Positions 27,036 through 41,345 of a DNA stretch of 64,000 nucleotides are shown here, in pieces (within the stretch, counting starts at the first letter, position 1; every line of letters begins with the position of its first letter). Where the stretch lies: positions 35,960,001 to 36,024,000 of the forward strand of contig OX597826.1 in assembly GCA_951406725.2 (NCBI GenBank). The letters run 5' to 3'. The DNA is from Octopus vulgaris (Eukaryota). The position numbers were made by a program, and so were the translations under genes. The notes beneath the pieces are model-generated. The model worked only from the letters and a program-made list of their open reading frames with translations, had not been told where the DNA came from and did not search any database.

Positions 27036-27250
27036 CTTAGATAACTCAGATATGTTTCAACCAAAGATTGGTCCAGGCCATGTCTAACTTAATAGCACCA
27101 TCATTTAGGATTAGTTAAATTGTTTTTAAGTCAAGTTTTGTGGTATCATAGTCTATACAAGTAGGGAGTTCTTGTTGAGTGAGTTAAAACCAAGTATAGG
27201 TGGCTTATGTGGTACTCCTTGAAGAAATTTATCCATTTAAAAGTGCCAGT
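27033..27250 (-). mobile_element. CR1 3'-UTR stub
   Basis: Same terminal stem-loop and ATAACTTAG repeat as 8881-8950. Confidence 0.7.
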
Positions 27251-27251
27251 A

Positions 27252-27280
<29 letters not shown>

Positions 27281-27282
<2 letters not shown>

Positions 27283-27700
27283 TCAGAATGAACAACCACC
27301 GCATTCCCAGAAAGCTGATGTACAGTGAACTGAAGAAAGGGACAAGGCAACAAGGAAGACCCAAGTTGAGGTATAAGGACACCCTAAAGGGCAACTCCTA
27401 AAGTGGTGTGACATCCAGCCTCACAAACACGAGACTGCAATCACAACAACAGGTCTACCTGGTGGTCAATCACATACACTGGTGTTGCTGCCTTTGAGGA
27501 GGATGGAGAACAACACCTCACAGCCACAAGAGACAGACATTCCTTGACTGCATCAACCTCAGTCCTGATCACAGGCTACCAGTGTCCAACCTGCAGGTGC
27601 CTATGTGCTTCCGGCTTTGGGCTGTGGAGCCACATGTGTTCCCACCACTGACTGCTGTGACCACAGACTACGTCTTCAGCAGAGATCGATGGACTACCAA
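27281..27700 (+). mobile_element. RTE (BovB-like) LINE 3' fragment
   Basis: RMNNHRIPRKLMYSELKKGTRQQGRPKLRYKDTLK, and downstream YQCPTCRCLCASGFGLWSH. Confidence 0.88.
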
Positions 27701-28832
27701 GATACACACATACATATATACTGATAGATACATAGGTAGGTATACATATATATGTATGTGTGTATGCATGTGTGTATGTGCGTTGTTGTCAAATAACATA
27801 CATTTTATCATAAATGTATGTGGACATTTATTTCAGCTCAATATGGAAAAATTAAGTGAACAAGACAAAAAATACGCAATTAAAAGACAAAAGAAGCCAT
27901 CATGACCACCAACGCAACATTTTTGTGTAGAAAAGTGAAAGTGTGAATCTATAATGGTTCAATAGGTGTTGTTGATTTTAGCACCAAGTCTGACTAGAAA
28001 CTAAAACATGGAAGTAAATAGATATTTCGTTTGTTCTCAGAACTAATGACAAGCAGTGAATTGATGGAATCATAACTGGCTGTTATTGTTATGAGGAACA
28101 AATCAGAGATTATGTAGCTATAAAATAGTTAGTGGCATAAATTACTTGCTGACTGTTTTTGTTGAAAGAAAGCAATTATTAATTAATGACTATAACTCTT
28201 CTGGTTAAGAGATTAAAATGTGCCGAGACTAAATGTTGATTTACTAGTGTATTTATCGATGGGTGAACTACAAATATTTTCTCCGATCTTTCTTTCTAAT
28301 AATTAGTTCAAAAGTTAATAATAGTGGTTGACAATCTAACTGGAATCAAAGCCAAAGAGTGTTAATGCATAAATTTTATTTATTTTATATGTTTGTGTTT
28401 CTGTTTTTTGAGCATTTTTCTTGTTTCAATTTTTGATGCTCATGTAGTTACAAGTAAACACAAACTCGGACACTTCACTCAACTATCTTAGCTTTGATCT
28501 TATTGATCAGCCATGCTGTGACAGCTGAAGAGAAAAAATGATGTCTCTAGTACATCACTGGTACTGTAGATTATCCGCCCTGGACGGATGAAAGGCAATG
28601 GTGAACTTGGTGTGATTTGAACTAAGATCTTAAATAGTGAGAGTAAATATATGCAAATCCTGTCTTTTTTCTCCTGTCTTTATTCTTTATTCTTCTGTCT
28701 ACTATTTTATTCCTTTATAAACTGTGAATTCACTGTATTTTGTTTTACCCAAAACCAGGAACTTTTCAGCAGCCCCTTGTGTATACACAAATATATGTAT
28801 ACACATACACATATATATGTATACTTATATGC

Positions 28833-28874
<42 letters not shown>

Positions 28875-29217
28875 ATATACACAACATACACACCCACATA
28901 CGCACATAAACACACTCATAGATATACTATTTAGTCCATAATTACCGTAGAGATATATTTACCAGACAAGTGATTTGGTCTGTGACTGTCTTGAAACTAA
29001 AATAATAATTGCTAAAATAACAAAGCCATTCAAAAACACTCAAAGACTGTTAATTTCACTTAAACATTTATTAGTTGGTGTCAACATTTTTGTAGCACCA
29101 ACTGACATGATTTCACTGCAAAAATGTTGAGGCAGGGTTGTTGGTCAGTGTAGATACGGGTCTTAAGCTTATAAATACAGTCCTTTCATCTAATTAAATC
29201 AGTTGTTCTGTTGTGTA

Positions 29218-29419
29218 TTCTTTTATTTGTTTCAGTCATTTGAGCGCCACCATGCTGAAGCACCATCTTTAGTCAAATAAATCGACCCTAGGACTTATTC
29301 TTTGTAAACCTAATACTTATTCTATTAGTCTCTTTTGCAGAACTGCTAAATTACGAGTACGTAAACATACCAGCATCAGTTGTCAAGTGATGGTAGGGTA
29401 ACACAGACACACAAAAACA

Positions 29420-29467
<48 letters not shown>

Positions 29468-29637
29468 AACACACACATGCACACACACACACACACATAT
29501 AACGGGCTTCTTTCAGTTTCCGTCTACCAAGTCCACTCACAAGGTTTTGGTCAGCCGAGAAGAAGATACTTGCGCAAATGCCATGCAGTTAAACTGAACC
29601 CAGAACCATGAGGTTAGTAAGTAAGCTACTTACCAAA
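29218..29637 (-). mobile_element. SINE family A
   Basis: Similarity to 6039-6443. Confidence 0.85.
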
Positions 29638-30904
29638 CATATATATGTATGTGTTATATATATATATATATATATACACACACATATCATCATCATCATT
29701 TAATGTCCACCTTCTATACTGGTATGGGCCTCTCAAATTTTTTCTCTGTTTTATTAATAACACAAAGCTGAAGGCAATGTAATTGGCAAGAAGATTTACC
29801 AAAATTTCAGATGACCCTATATCTTAAGATTTTGTGTTCTGTAATACAAAATAACTTTACACTCTTCAGTAGAGATACACCAACAATATATAAGTGAAAA
29901 ATACTTATACATGCTGATAAATTTCTGCATACAGATACCAATATATACATACATTCCCGCATATACATTATATCTACCAAATGCACTGCGAAGGCATTGG
30001 TCAACCCTGACAAATAATAGAAGGTACTTGCTGAAGATTCCATGCAGTAGAATTGAACCTGAAATCATGCAGTAGCAAAGCAAACATTTGAACTAAACTG
30101 TCATGCCTGCACCAATTTACACATGCTCACACACACACACGCACACAAATGCACTTCATACTCAAACTTAGAAACTGAAGCAAATAATTTTCCTCTTCTG
30201 TATATTTTTATTTTTGCTTTGTTTTCTTTTTTTATAAATTTCAAGACTTGGGCATATCGAGGAAAAATGTCTTTCAGTTTGACATTATCTGCTGAGCCAA
30301 TGAGATTCAATCCTTGATCCGACTTGTTCAGATCAGCTTCAAAGACTTTCATTTGAATTTTCTGTTCTGGCTTTGTCCTCATGAGAGCAAGTTTATAGAA
30401 GTCAGCAGTAATTAATGTTCAAGTGTTTCCTCATGAGGATTCACCTGTGTCTAAATATTTCTTTTGTTTTTATCTTTGTTTTTTTTCTTCTAATTATTAC
30501 TTGGATACCTGAGATGAGTGTGATCATTGAAAATATTCAATATTTCTTTATAAAGAAATTCAGTTTTTTGCTTTAGGCTCAAATGTCCCAAATTATGAAA
30601 CAATTTTATTTCTCACAGCTGAGACTCAATAGTTTCCAATTTCAGTTCTGGAGATTTTAATTTCAAAGAATGGAAGTTTGTTTAATTTCTTCTTTCTCGC
30701 TATGAACTCTTTTGTTTTTATGCTACGAGAGTTTTATGAATTTTATGAATCTAGGAAGATCTTATTTTTTGGTATAGTACCAGTTGTATATTATATAAGT
30801 ATTTACAATGTTTTCAGGCAAAATTTGACAGTCTTCATGAAATAGAAAAAAACACTTTATCTCATATCCAAAAATAAAAATATTTTTAAAAAATCAAAAA
30901 ATGT

Positions 30905-31600
30905 CAACTAGATTATGGCTGGCAGATAATATTGATAGCTTACTCAAAGTAGCTGCCCCTCATCTTCCACAATGGCCTTGAAATGGCCTTGGAACCTGGT
31001 GCATACATTCCTCACAGTGTCTCTGGGAAGATCTTTAAGCACCTCTTTGATCTTGGTCACCAGATTAGCCGTAGTGTTGCACACAGGGCAGTTAGTGTTT
31101 TTCTCAACTATGCTCCATGCAAAGTAACCCTTGAGATTTCAACTGGGGTTAGGAGACCAGAATTTAGGGCTGGTGAAGTCATAGACATTTTCCAGCAATC
31201 ACTTCTGAATCTGTCCGGAGGTAAAGTAAGGAACTGAGTTCTGCTACCACACAAATATGGCCTTCCAGCAACAACCCTCTCCAGCCAGGGTTTGACTATA
31301 GTCTCCAACAGCTCCACATAGTGGTCTGAATTGAGCCTAAAGCCCTGTTCAAAGATGTGGGGTAGTATGACATCGTCATCACTGGAGATACACACAAAAA
31401 ACCCATCACAGTTCTGGGAAACTTGCTTTGTTTGATGTATATGTCATGTCTCAGAACCTTCACAATGTCCACATAGCATTGAACAGCAGTCATAATGTCA
31501 ATGTTTTGATACCTGGCATGAATCATCATGACAGGGGTAACTCATTACCCAATATTCAAATGGCTTTCAATTCTCCATTCCAGCTAACTTTTTCTCAACT
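30905..31600 (-). mobile_element. Decayed DD37D (maT-like) transposase fragment
   Basis: CISSDDDVILPHIFEQGFRLNSDHYVELLETIVKPWLERVVAGRPY, followed by frameshifted QNS.P...WSPN motifs. Confidence 0.85.
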
Positions 31601-32375
31601 ACAACTTTAGTTTTGATGCTCTTCAATGTTGGTGACCGTTCACCCATACATCAAACTGTTCTTTAAAAAAGAGAGATATAAATGACCATCAAATTTCACC
31701 CCAAAAGCCTGTTCGTGTAAAACTCTCCCAGTTCTGATGCTTTACCATCAAAGGCTACACTAATTTCACCATTCTTCCCAACACTACAATATGAGATATT
31801 AATTGCATTACAAGAATAGATGTTGATAAACAATTGAACAGAGACTCGATATTCTTAAATACAATTTTCAAATTAATCTCATAATGAATTAAATTTCCTA
31901 ATCTTAAATTTATTTCAGAAATCTATAGATTACATTTTCAATATCAAGCAAAAGTAACGTCGTTAATTATATTTTAAATAAAAATCCAACAATTCTAAAA
32001 CCTATGCAAACACACACACACATTTATGCATACATACATACACACATACATACATACGTACGTACATACATACATACATACATACATACATACATACATA
32101 CATACATACATACATACATACATACATACGATGCCAGTGAGCAATCCAAATATTTAAAGTTAATGTGAACTTTTTCCTTGGGAAACATAAGAACTCTATC
32201 CAAAAAATCACTATGATCCTTTAGTTTAATATTTAATTGCGTCTATAAACAACTTCATAAAAAATATATCTATTGGTCTATTCTGTTTGTCTGTCTATCT
32301 ATGCACGTGTATGCATATATTTATATATGTATCTGTGTATATGTATATCTATCTATCTATCTATCTATCTATCTG

Positions 32376-32408
<33 letters not shown>

Positions 32409-32594
32409 TGTCCATCTATCTATCTATCCATCTATCTATTTATCTATCTATCTATCTATCCATCTATCTGTCTATTTATCTATCTATCTGTCAGTCTGTC
32501 TCTTTGTTTCTCTCTATATGTTATATATAAATATATATATACAAAACACCAGCAATCCCTTTTTCTAACTTGTTATGTGTGTGTGTGTGTGTGT

Positions 32595-32870
32595 AATACA
32601 TACTATTATGGAATACAAGGACTTTATCCAGTATTTCATGTTTAACATAGGCCTGCAAACAATTTAAATTTTAAATTTAGAAGCCTGGCATGTACATACA
32701 CCAGATAGGTAGGTGTTGTTTATTAAAACAGAAGCTTCTTTTTAAACATACAAGTGTGTGCCTGGGAAATGTACATGCTGGCCTTCTAAATTTGAAATTT
32801 AAATTGGTTGCAGACTTGTATTAAACATAAAATACTAACTAACACTCTTGTAATCCACAACAGAATATTG
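32595..32870. repeat. Diverged fold-back with ~100-bp arms
   Basis: 32595-32697 is the reverse complement of 32769-32870. Confidence 0.8.
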
Positions 32871-32954
32871 TGTGTGTATGTATATATGTTTATGTATGTG
32901 CATGCATATGTATGAATATATATGCATATATATATACATATATATGTATATATA

Positions 32955-33006
<52 letters not shown>

Positions 33007-33057
33007 TATAAACAGATAGATTCATACATGTGTACACGTGTCATCATCGTCATTGTC

Positions 33058-33095
<38 letters not shown>

Positions 33096-33214
33096 TATTT
33101 CCATCTTTATTTTTACATGTTTTTTTTTTTGTGCCCGAGCACGGCATTTCACTATTTCTTTGTGATCCTTTGTTATTATCTATCTTCATGAGGTTCAACT
33201 TTTAATTTATCTTT

Positions 33215-33620
33215 CACCATTTCCTCCGATGTTTTTTCCCTACTATATTCCTCTTCTTCAGATTCCTTCTTCTTCTTCCATCACAAGTCTCTTCTTTACC
33301 TGCCTGACATTCCCCACTCATATCACCTCTGTAGCAGCACATTCCCCTATCTTCGATGCTATACTGGATTCCTCGTACACCCACTTTTTTCTCCCAACTC
33401 ATTTGTGCCCCTTCCGGGGAAATATTTATACCTTGTTTCAATTCTGATTTCAAATATCTTTCATCTTCAGGGGCCATGTTTCACTATGCTCCAACAGCAC
33501 ATTTCATATACAGACACCAAATAAATCTGCACTTCACTCAGAGATAATGCTTCTGTGCTTCTGTTTGTTGCCAGTAGCACTCTCTGAATTTTTTCTAACC
33601 CATTCTAGGTTTGACTCCTA
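33215..33620 (-). mobile_element. Highly decayed RTE-clade LINE 3' fragment
   Basis: HSETWPLK and EKKVGVRGIQ remnants of the RT C-terminal region. Confidence 0.55.
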
Positions 33621-33801
33621 TGCTTTAAGAACACCTTTCAGCAAAAAATAAAACCAACAAAATCTATGTTATTTATGAGCATTTAAGAGATTTTAATTTA
33701 TGGATTCACTTCCTGCTAATTGCTCCTGTTCCTCTGCCACATATAAAGACAGCTTTTCTCTCTAATTGATATACCTTTGATATATATATATATATATACA
33801 T

Positions 33802-33930
<129 letters not shown>

Positions 33931-34434
33931 AAGAGAGAGAGAGAATGAGAGAGAGAAAGGGAGAGAGAGAGAGAGATCGATCAGATTGGAGCCTGTTGCA
34001 GCCGCTGGCTCTCCAGACCTCAATCAAACAGTTCAACCCATGCCAGCATGGAAAACATACGTTAATCAACGATTATGATGATGATATGTTTGTATCATTG
34101 TTCATTCATACTAGTGTCTTGAAATAAGTACCAAGTACATTCTGTAAAATGATTGGCATTAGGAAACACATTCTGTTGTAGTAATCATGCCAAAGCAGAC
34201 ATTGGATTTGACATGGTCCTCCTGCTCATTGGATCCTGCCAAAACTGTACTACCCATCCCTGCCTGGAAGACAAGTGTTTAATGATGAAGATGATGATGA
34301 TGATGATGACAACAATCATGATGATGATGTATGGGTAGGTGAGTGTTTATTAAAACAGAGGCTTCTTTTTATACAAACAACAAGAGTGTGCCAAAAATTT
34401 TGGGCCTTGTGCCTAGAGTATAAAAGATTATCGT

Positions 34435-34650
34435 AAAGACAGCAAGCTGGCAAAAACGTTGGCACATCAGGAGAAATGCTTAGCAGTATTTCGTTTGTCT
34501 TTACATTCTGAGTTCAAATTCCACTGAAGTCAACTTTGCCTTTCATCCTTTCGGGTTTGATAAATTAAGTACCAGTTGCATACTGGAGTCGGTCTAATCG
34601 ACTAGCCCCCTCCTCTCAAATTTCTGGCCTTGTGCCTAGAATAGAAAAGA
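34435..34650 (+). mobile_element. Full-length SINE family B
   Basis: GAGTTCAAATTCC B box, ends GGCCTTGTGCCTAGAATAGAAAAGA. Confidence 0.88.
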
Positions 34651-34771
34651 TTATTAACTCTTTTCAGGGTCGGATGGAATGCTTATTTATTAATAGTATT
34701 TTGAATGAGTCATGCATTACCTGGTAGCTATGATATTTCAATGAGTAATTGTTTATATTTGGAATGATATT

Positions 34772-34976
34772 CTTTCCTTTTCTACTCTAAGCACAACGCC
34801 TGAAATTTGGGGGGATGGGCCAGTCGATTAGATCGACCTCAGTATGCAACTGGTACTTAATTTATTGACTCCAAAATGATGAAAGGCAAAGTCAACCTCG
34901 GTGGAATTTGAACTCAGAATGTAAAGACGGACAAAATACTGCAAGCATTTCATCTGGCATGCTAACGTTTCTGCCA
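34772..34976 (-). mobile_element. SINE family B with ~17-bp TSD
   Basis: ATATTTGGAATGATATT (34755) / ATATCTGGAATGGCATT (34976). Confidence 0.88.
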
Positions 34977-35009
34977 TATCTGGAATGGCATTGTAGGGTA
35001 GGTGTGAGA

Positions 35010-35262
35010 AACATAAAGGTACCTTCTCGAGTCATACTGACTCATAAGGGCAGGTTTCCTAGTTTCCTGGTGCATAAATTCCCCACCTTGATAAGACACC
35101 AGTCTGTTGCAGGGTTACTCATATTTGCCAGGTGAGTGGACTGGAGCAACATGAAATGAAGTATCTTGCTCAAGAATGCAAAGTGTTGACCAGTCCAGGA
35201 ATAGAAGCCACAATCTTTCAATCATGAGTCCAACACCCTAACCACTAAACCACGTGCCTCCA
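35010..35262 (-). mobile_element. SINE family E with 12-bp TSD
   Basis: GTAGGTGTGAGA at 34998 and 35267. Head GGAGGCACGTGGTTTAGTGGTTAGGG. Confidence 0.88.
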
Positions 35263-36249
35263 TATAGTAGGTGTGAGAGGCTGGATCTGGCTGGTTTGAT
35301 CATAGAACAGGTAGAATATTTGGGCCAGATATGGCTAATTTAAATGCTAAAGGGTTAAGATGGTATTTAGAACATAAATTAGCAAGAAATTTTGATGGAA
35401 AGTTTTATTTCAGTCAGTTAAAAGAATGGAGTTTGTATCAGAGCAGCATGAATGGTTTGAGGCAGGGTCAAAGCTATTAAACAATCTGATTAAAACAATA
35501 AGGAATAATGGAAATGGTAAATGGAAAGACACAGCATTATGTTCTTTGATTTTTATCTCTATCAATTTATATTTCAATTCCAGCAGAATTAATTCTACAT
35601 TTTATGACTTCATGGTGCTAATACCAAAGATTATATACATTTCTATAGATTTGTGATTTGATACCTTTGTCAGAAATAATTCTTCATGGAATCGGTTTCT
35701 CATTCTTTTAACATGTATTCATGTAATATATATATATATATATATATATACGTATGTATGTATGTATGTATGTATATATATGTGTATATATATATGTATG
35801 CATGCATGTATGTGTCTGTGTGCATACATACATACACATATATATATATGTATGTATACATGTCTGTATATATATATATATATATACACACACATACATA
35901 TATATTTGTGTATTTACAGGCACACACACATGCACATATACACACACACATATACACACACTCAAACATATACACACACACACACACACACAACAAATCT
36001 GATTTCAGCTGCTGTGTTTTGTTTATCCTATGGCACATGCATGACAATTTAGTTACAAGAAAACAGGATTTCATACAATCCATAACAACATCGAGTTGCT
36101 GCTGTTTTCTATCCAATGGACAGGAAAGAATTATTTTGAAAGAAGCAAATAAATAAACACTGTGTATTAGTACAAACAACAGACAAACACGTAAATATGA
36201 GTACAACAAGCGAGAAATAGAAATATAGGTAAGCATTGAGAAGTACATA

Positions 36250-36536
36250 AATAAATATAGTATATATAGAAATATATATAAATATAGTATATATAGAAAT
36301 ATATATATATAAATATATATAAATATATATAAATAAATATAGTATATATAAATATATATAAATATATATAAATAAATATAGTATATATAAATATATATAA
36401 ATATATATAAATAAATATAGCATATATAAATATATATAAATATATATAAATAAGTATAGTATATATAAATATATATAAATATATATAAATAAATATAGTA
36501 TATATAAATATATTTAAATAGATATAGTATATATAA
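36250..36536. repeat. AT-rich minisatellite, ~38-bp unit
   Basis: Repeated AAATAAATATAGTATATATAAATATATATAAATATATAT. Confidence 0.9.
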
Positions 36537-37573
36537 AATGTGTCTTTTTTCTGTTTGTTTCAATGTCAAGTTTTTGTATTTACCATTGATTTGAAAAAAA
36601 AACTAAATCGCCAAATGTGCCGTAGAGCTAAGATATACCAGAGAAGCACCAGGGGAAACTAAAGCAATTCGATGTTTGTTTAGTTTTAGTAGAAGTTAAG
36701 AATTAAATAGAAAATTTCATAAAAAGAGGAAAATAAACATGGCGCATTATTTTTCTAAATTAAATTGGAATATTTTCTACAGGGTTTTCATAGCTTCTTG
36801 TCTTTTCAGATAGTTTTGAAAAATTTTCAAAATGTATTTTGTTCCTATTAATCATGTTGAGAATAAATCAAAACAGAAGAGAGTGTCAGCAGAAATATCA
36901 TTTGCAAATACAACAACAACAACAATAATAATAACAACAACAACAATAGCAACAACATCAACAACAACAAATATAATATAAAAAATTTGAAGCAATGTTA
37001 TATTTTCATTTGGGGAATAAAACGTTTTTCTAACCATCAGGTGAAATGAAAATAAAAATGAAAAACAATATATAATTTCAAAGTTTAGAATGAGAGAATA
37101 TTCTAAGAAAAACATGATATACCAAAGTCAATTTAGAGAGTACTGAACATGAAATATAGCATAGTCATTGTAGAATATGGTAACCCTGATATATCATAGA
37201 CATTTTAGAAAGAATGGCTAATGTGGTACATACATATGCAGCCATATGTCATCACCATTATCATCAATTTTAACATTCATCTTTCCACGTTTGCATGGGT
37301 CAGACAAAATTCGCCGAGGCAGATTTTCTACAACTGGATGCTCTTCTTGTTATCAACTGTCACATATTTCCAAGTAATATAATATTTCCCCATGGCCAGA
37401 CATTTTTACACACAAGTTTGGAAATGAAGCATCATACTGCTTTTATGAAGATGTCTTTCACTTACAATTATCCTGCAATGACAAGACAAGGAGGCATAAA
37501 CACTTCCACACACCTATATATACCTTGCCCATACACATTCATGTGTGTGAGTGTGTGTGTGTGTGTGTGTGTG

Positions 37574-37650
<77 letters not shown>

Positions 37651-37654
<4 letters not shown>

Positions 37655-37806
37655 AGTTTACAAAAAAAACAAAAGACGAAGACAGGTGGTGTACAAAACA
37701 AACAGATGTATTAGTATAATGCTCAGGAATAGAAAAAGTCTTTTACGTTTCGAGCCTATGCTCTTCTACAGAAAGGTACACAGAAAAAACAAGGAGAGAA
37801 AAAAAT
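37651..37806 (-). mobile_element. Short PLE-type cassette with hammerhead variant in (TA)n
   Basis: Sister copies at 55591-55778 and, partial and inverted, at 22665-22747. Confidence 0.75.
37740..37775 (-). ncRNA. Minimal hammerhead-like motif (variant core)
   Basis: CTTT-CTGTAGA-A-GAGC-ATAG-GCTC-GAAAC-GTA-AAAG. Confidence 0.6.
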
Positions 37807-38073
37807 GTATATATATATATAAGTGAGATTCAGTTGAATTAGGTTATTGAAGTACCTCGTTAGGTCAGAATAACATAATAACAACTATATTATGTAAATC
37901 CCAAATTTGGTACCTAACTGGCTGACTGATATTCTTGCAGTGTATGGAGACAATTAGACCCAGCTGAATGAAGAAATCCACTCATGTGCTATTCAGACAT
38001 GTACATTATATCAAATATACTGTTCATAATATTTATGATGGGCAGATTCCAAGACAGGTGAATAAAATATAAA

Positions 38074-38414
38074 TGAGGAACAGTAGAGGAACAGGTATTA
38101 ATCCATTACAGCCCGGATTCTAATGACTCCTTTAATTGATTAATGAAAACATTACATCATTTATAGTGATTCTGCTATTTCAGTTGATAGACCGCATTTT
38201 GTCAACTGAAATAGTAGCAGAATCATTGTAAATGTTTTTGATTCATGGATTTTAAACTATTTTAAATCATTTTCAATGTCCTTCATTATGAAGTTTGTGA
38301 ATTCATCTGATGGAAACGGTTTCATTATAATGATGTAATGTTTTCATTGATCAATTAATGGAGTTGTCAGAAACGGCTGTATTGGATTGACACCTGTACC
38401 TCTCCTGTTACTCA
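38074..38414. repeat. Fold-back element with a nested inner hairpin
   Basis: Outer arms of ~85 bp and an inner hairpin at 38159-38235. Confidence 0.85.
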
Positions 38415-39386
38415 CACACACACAAATGATATATGTATACATACATATATATAAATGATGATTTACATATTTATTCTTTATATGGCCCAGCAGTTTCAAA
38501 CAGAAAATATACTAGTCACTGTTGTGTATGTCACATAAGAACAACTCCTTCCTCTTATGACAGTGCATTTATAACACACACCCATCTCATTGGTAGAAGG
38601 TATTCTGGGACATTGAAGTTTTTAATCCAGTTTTATGATGATGAGTCCACATCCTAATACCTGAAATATGTGCCTTCTTACAGGCATACACACACATAGA
38701 TATATACATACACACAAATAAACAATGCAGGCTCTCACTTCGTGTTTCCTTACCACATTCCACTCTCAAAACATTGCCCGACTTAATTATGAATGAGCTT
38801 CTGACATAAGCCTTTAAATATTTGCCCATTTTAGACTTTCCTATCAGTGCAACCCATTGTAATAGAGGGGGAAGAAAAAAAGCAATGTGAACTGCTTAAT
38901 AAAGAACTAAAATGGATATAGCAAAGCCAGACATATAATCATTTTATGGCAAGTTTATTTTTTTTAATGAAGTAATAAATCTTAAATCTTAGAACATAAT
39001 TATTCTTTGTAGAGATGATAAAGCTTTATATTTTAGATAAATTTAAATGAAATTTCACAGATTGTTTAATGAAAGGAAAATTGAAAATTTAGATTCTTGC
39101 AAGAGTATTCTAACACAAAAAAATGAGATTTTCGGTATGATTGATTAGTTTTTCCTATGTTCAATTATGTATATTGTTCCCTTAGGAATATATTCTGTGT
39201 TAAAAAGGTGATATTGTCTGCAGAAAGAGATTAGATATATTTTTAATGATCATTGAAAATAAAGAATTTTGAGAAAATAATTTAATTTGTCTCTGAATTC
39301 ATTATCTAAATTGTTCTCATAGTTTAAAAATGAAATTGCTGTAGTTTCTAACATGTAATTAAAACTGTTTATTTTGTTTGTTTGTG

Positions 39387-39417
<31 letters not shown>

Positions 39418-39544
39418 CTTCCAAATTTTCTTATTTTTCCCATGTCGTCTATAATGTTCAAAGTTTGTAAAATTCAATACCATTATCTTGATCAGTATAT
39501 TTATGAAAGTTTAGTTGATATTTAACACTTAATTGTGAAGCTAT

Positions 39545-40050
39545 ATCTTAGGTATCTCGGAATAAGTGTATGCCAGCAGAAATTGCACTTCAGTCAGCAA
39601 AAATAATATTGATGACATAATGACATAACCATTCTGACTAAATTGTATATTCTGCTTGAAGCTGAACACTTCATCATGACACTTATCACTATTTTGGGGT
39701 AAAAAAAAAAATAGATGTAAGAAACATACATTTGATGCCTGTTCCAATTGAAAATTAAATGCATGTTTGAGTTTTAATTTTGTATTTTTTATACTGCAAC
39801 AGAACGATTTCTTTAAAGTTGCTTACATCAGATAATCTTGCTTAGAATTCCTTCAGCTTCAAGAGATTTCCAAAATACCATTCTCTGTACAATGTCAAAT
39901 ATAGCTTTAAAGTCTATAAAAACTGCAATTAATCTTCACTTTAATAGAATGCATCATCCTTCTACAAGTTGTGTCAATGTGTATGTACTTGATCACAGCA
40001 TCCATGACTCAGGCAAGCATCTGTCTACTTTAACACAGATTATATGATTA
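39545..40050 (-). pseudogene. Ancient RTE-type reverse-transcriptase fragment
   Basis: HGCCDQVHT/LTQLVE, then RLIAVFIDFKAIFDIVQRMVFWKSLEAEGILSKII. Confidence 0.75.
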
Positions 40051-40515
40051 AATCTTGGGTGCGAATATATTTACGAAATCTCCCAAAAACACTTGCAGAC
40101 TATTGAAAATAATGGGAATTCAAGTAACAAGAGACACGGGTGCTTAAGAAGTTTGCTCCCCAGCCACGTGGCTTCAGGTTTAGTTCCACTGAACAATACC
40201 TCAGACAAGTGATCCCTATTATAGCCCTAGGCCAACCAAAGCCATGCGAGTGAATTTGATTGGCAGAAACTGAAAGAAGCTAATCATTTATAGATAGATA
40301 AATAGTTAGATATATATATATATACATATATATATGTATATATATATATATATAGATAGATAGATATTAAGAACAATCTTACTTAGAAGGGGATGCATGC
40401 GTTCTGTCATATAATAAATTAATAAATAAATAAAATATATGCATATATACATACATATATGTACGTACCTACCTCTACATGTATATATACATGCATATAT
40501 GGGTACAGGACACCT

Positions 40516-40602
<87 letters not shown>

Positions 40603-41345
40603 GCATGCATACATACATGCATAAATACTTACATACATACACATGTATGGATAGATAGATAGATAAATAGAGAGATAAATAGATAGATACATACACATAT
40701 GTATACATATATATGTGTGTGTGTATATATTGATATATGTATGTATAAAGTGAAGCGCACCACAATCATTGGCTAAACAGAATGACTGCTAACAATTAAT
40801 TAATTAATTAATTAATCCATTATCATAGTATGGGATGGGAATGCATTGGTAAAGGGAAGTTGTTACATAATCCATAACTCTAGCAGTTTCCAAAAGTATC
40901 CTACAATGAATAAAATCTTCAGTATGCCATAAAACCATTATAAACAAAGCAGATGAGTTGTCTGGTATTGCTACAAATGTTTCATTAAGAGTCTTTATTG
41001 TGATGTAAACATGGTACAGTCATGCATGCAGTATGCATAACATGCATAAGATTATGTAATGTGTTATGCAACTCTCAGCTCATCAGGCTTCGAAACAAAC
41101 AAGTGAGCAGTGATGTCTTGATTAATTAAACAGGTTCTTAACAAGTGAAATTTCTCTGATCAGTATTATTCACTTATATAAGAAATGTAAAGTAGATAGG
41201 TCTACAAATTCTCAATCATTTGGGTAGATAGCAAAATGAGATTGTAAATTAAAGAACAGTTAAAGGTATTTCTATTCTAAAGATGTTATCAAGTTTAGTA
41301 ATCTTGTTCATAAAGGCTGGTTGTAACAAAACATGTTTGTATACT

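Larger units (their letters stand above)
34654..35358. mobile_element. TTAA-bounded (piggyBac-like) MITE carrying two nested SINEs
   Basis: Ends TTAACTCTTT / AAAGGGTTAA. Internal SINEs are flanked by target duplications. Confidence 0.55.

Noticed and set aside
30101-30382. 93-aa protein-like minus ORF and a plus-strand acceptor at 30245
   Set aside because: No recognisable domain, and all plus frames stop within 25 codons.
35700-36569. 289-aa YI-rich ORF and similar YIYI/CVCV ORFs
   Set aside because: Translations of (TA)n and (CA)n arrays.
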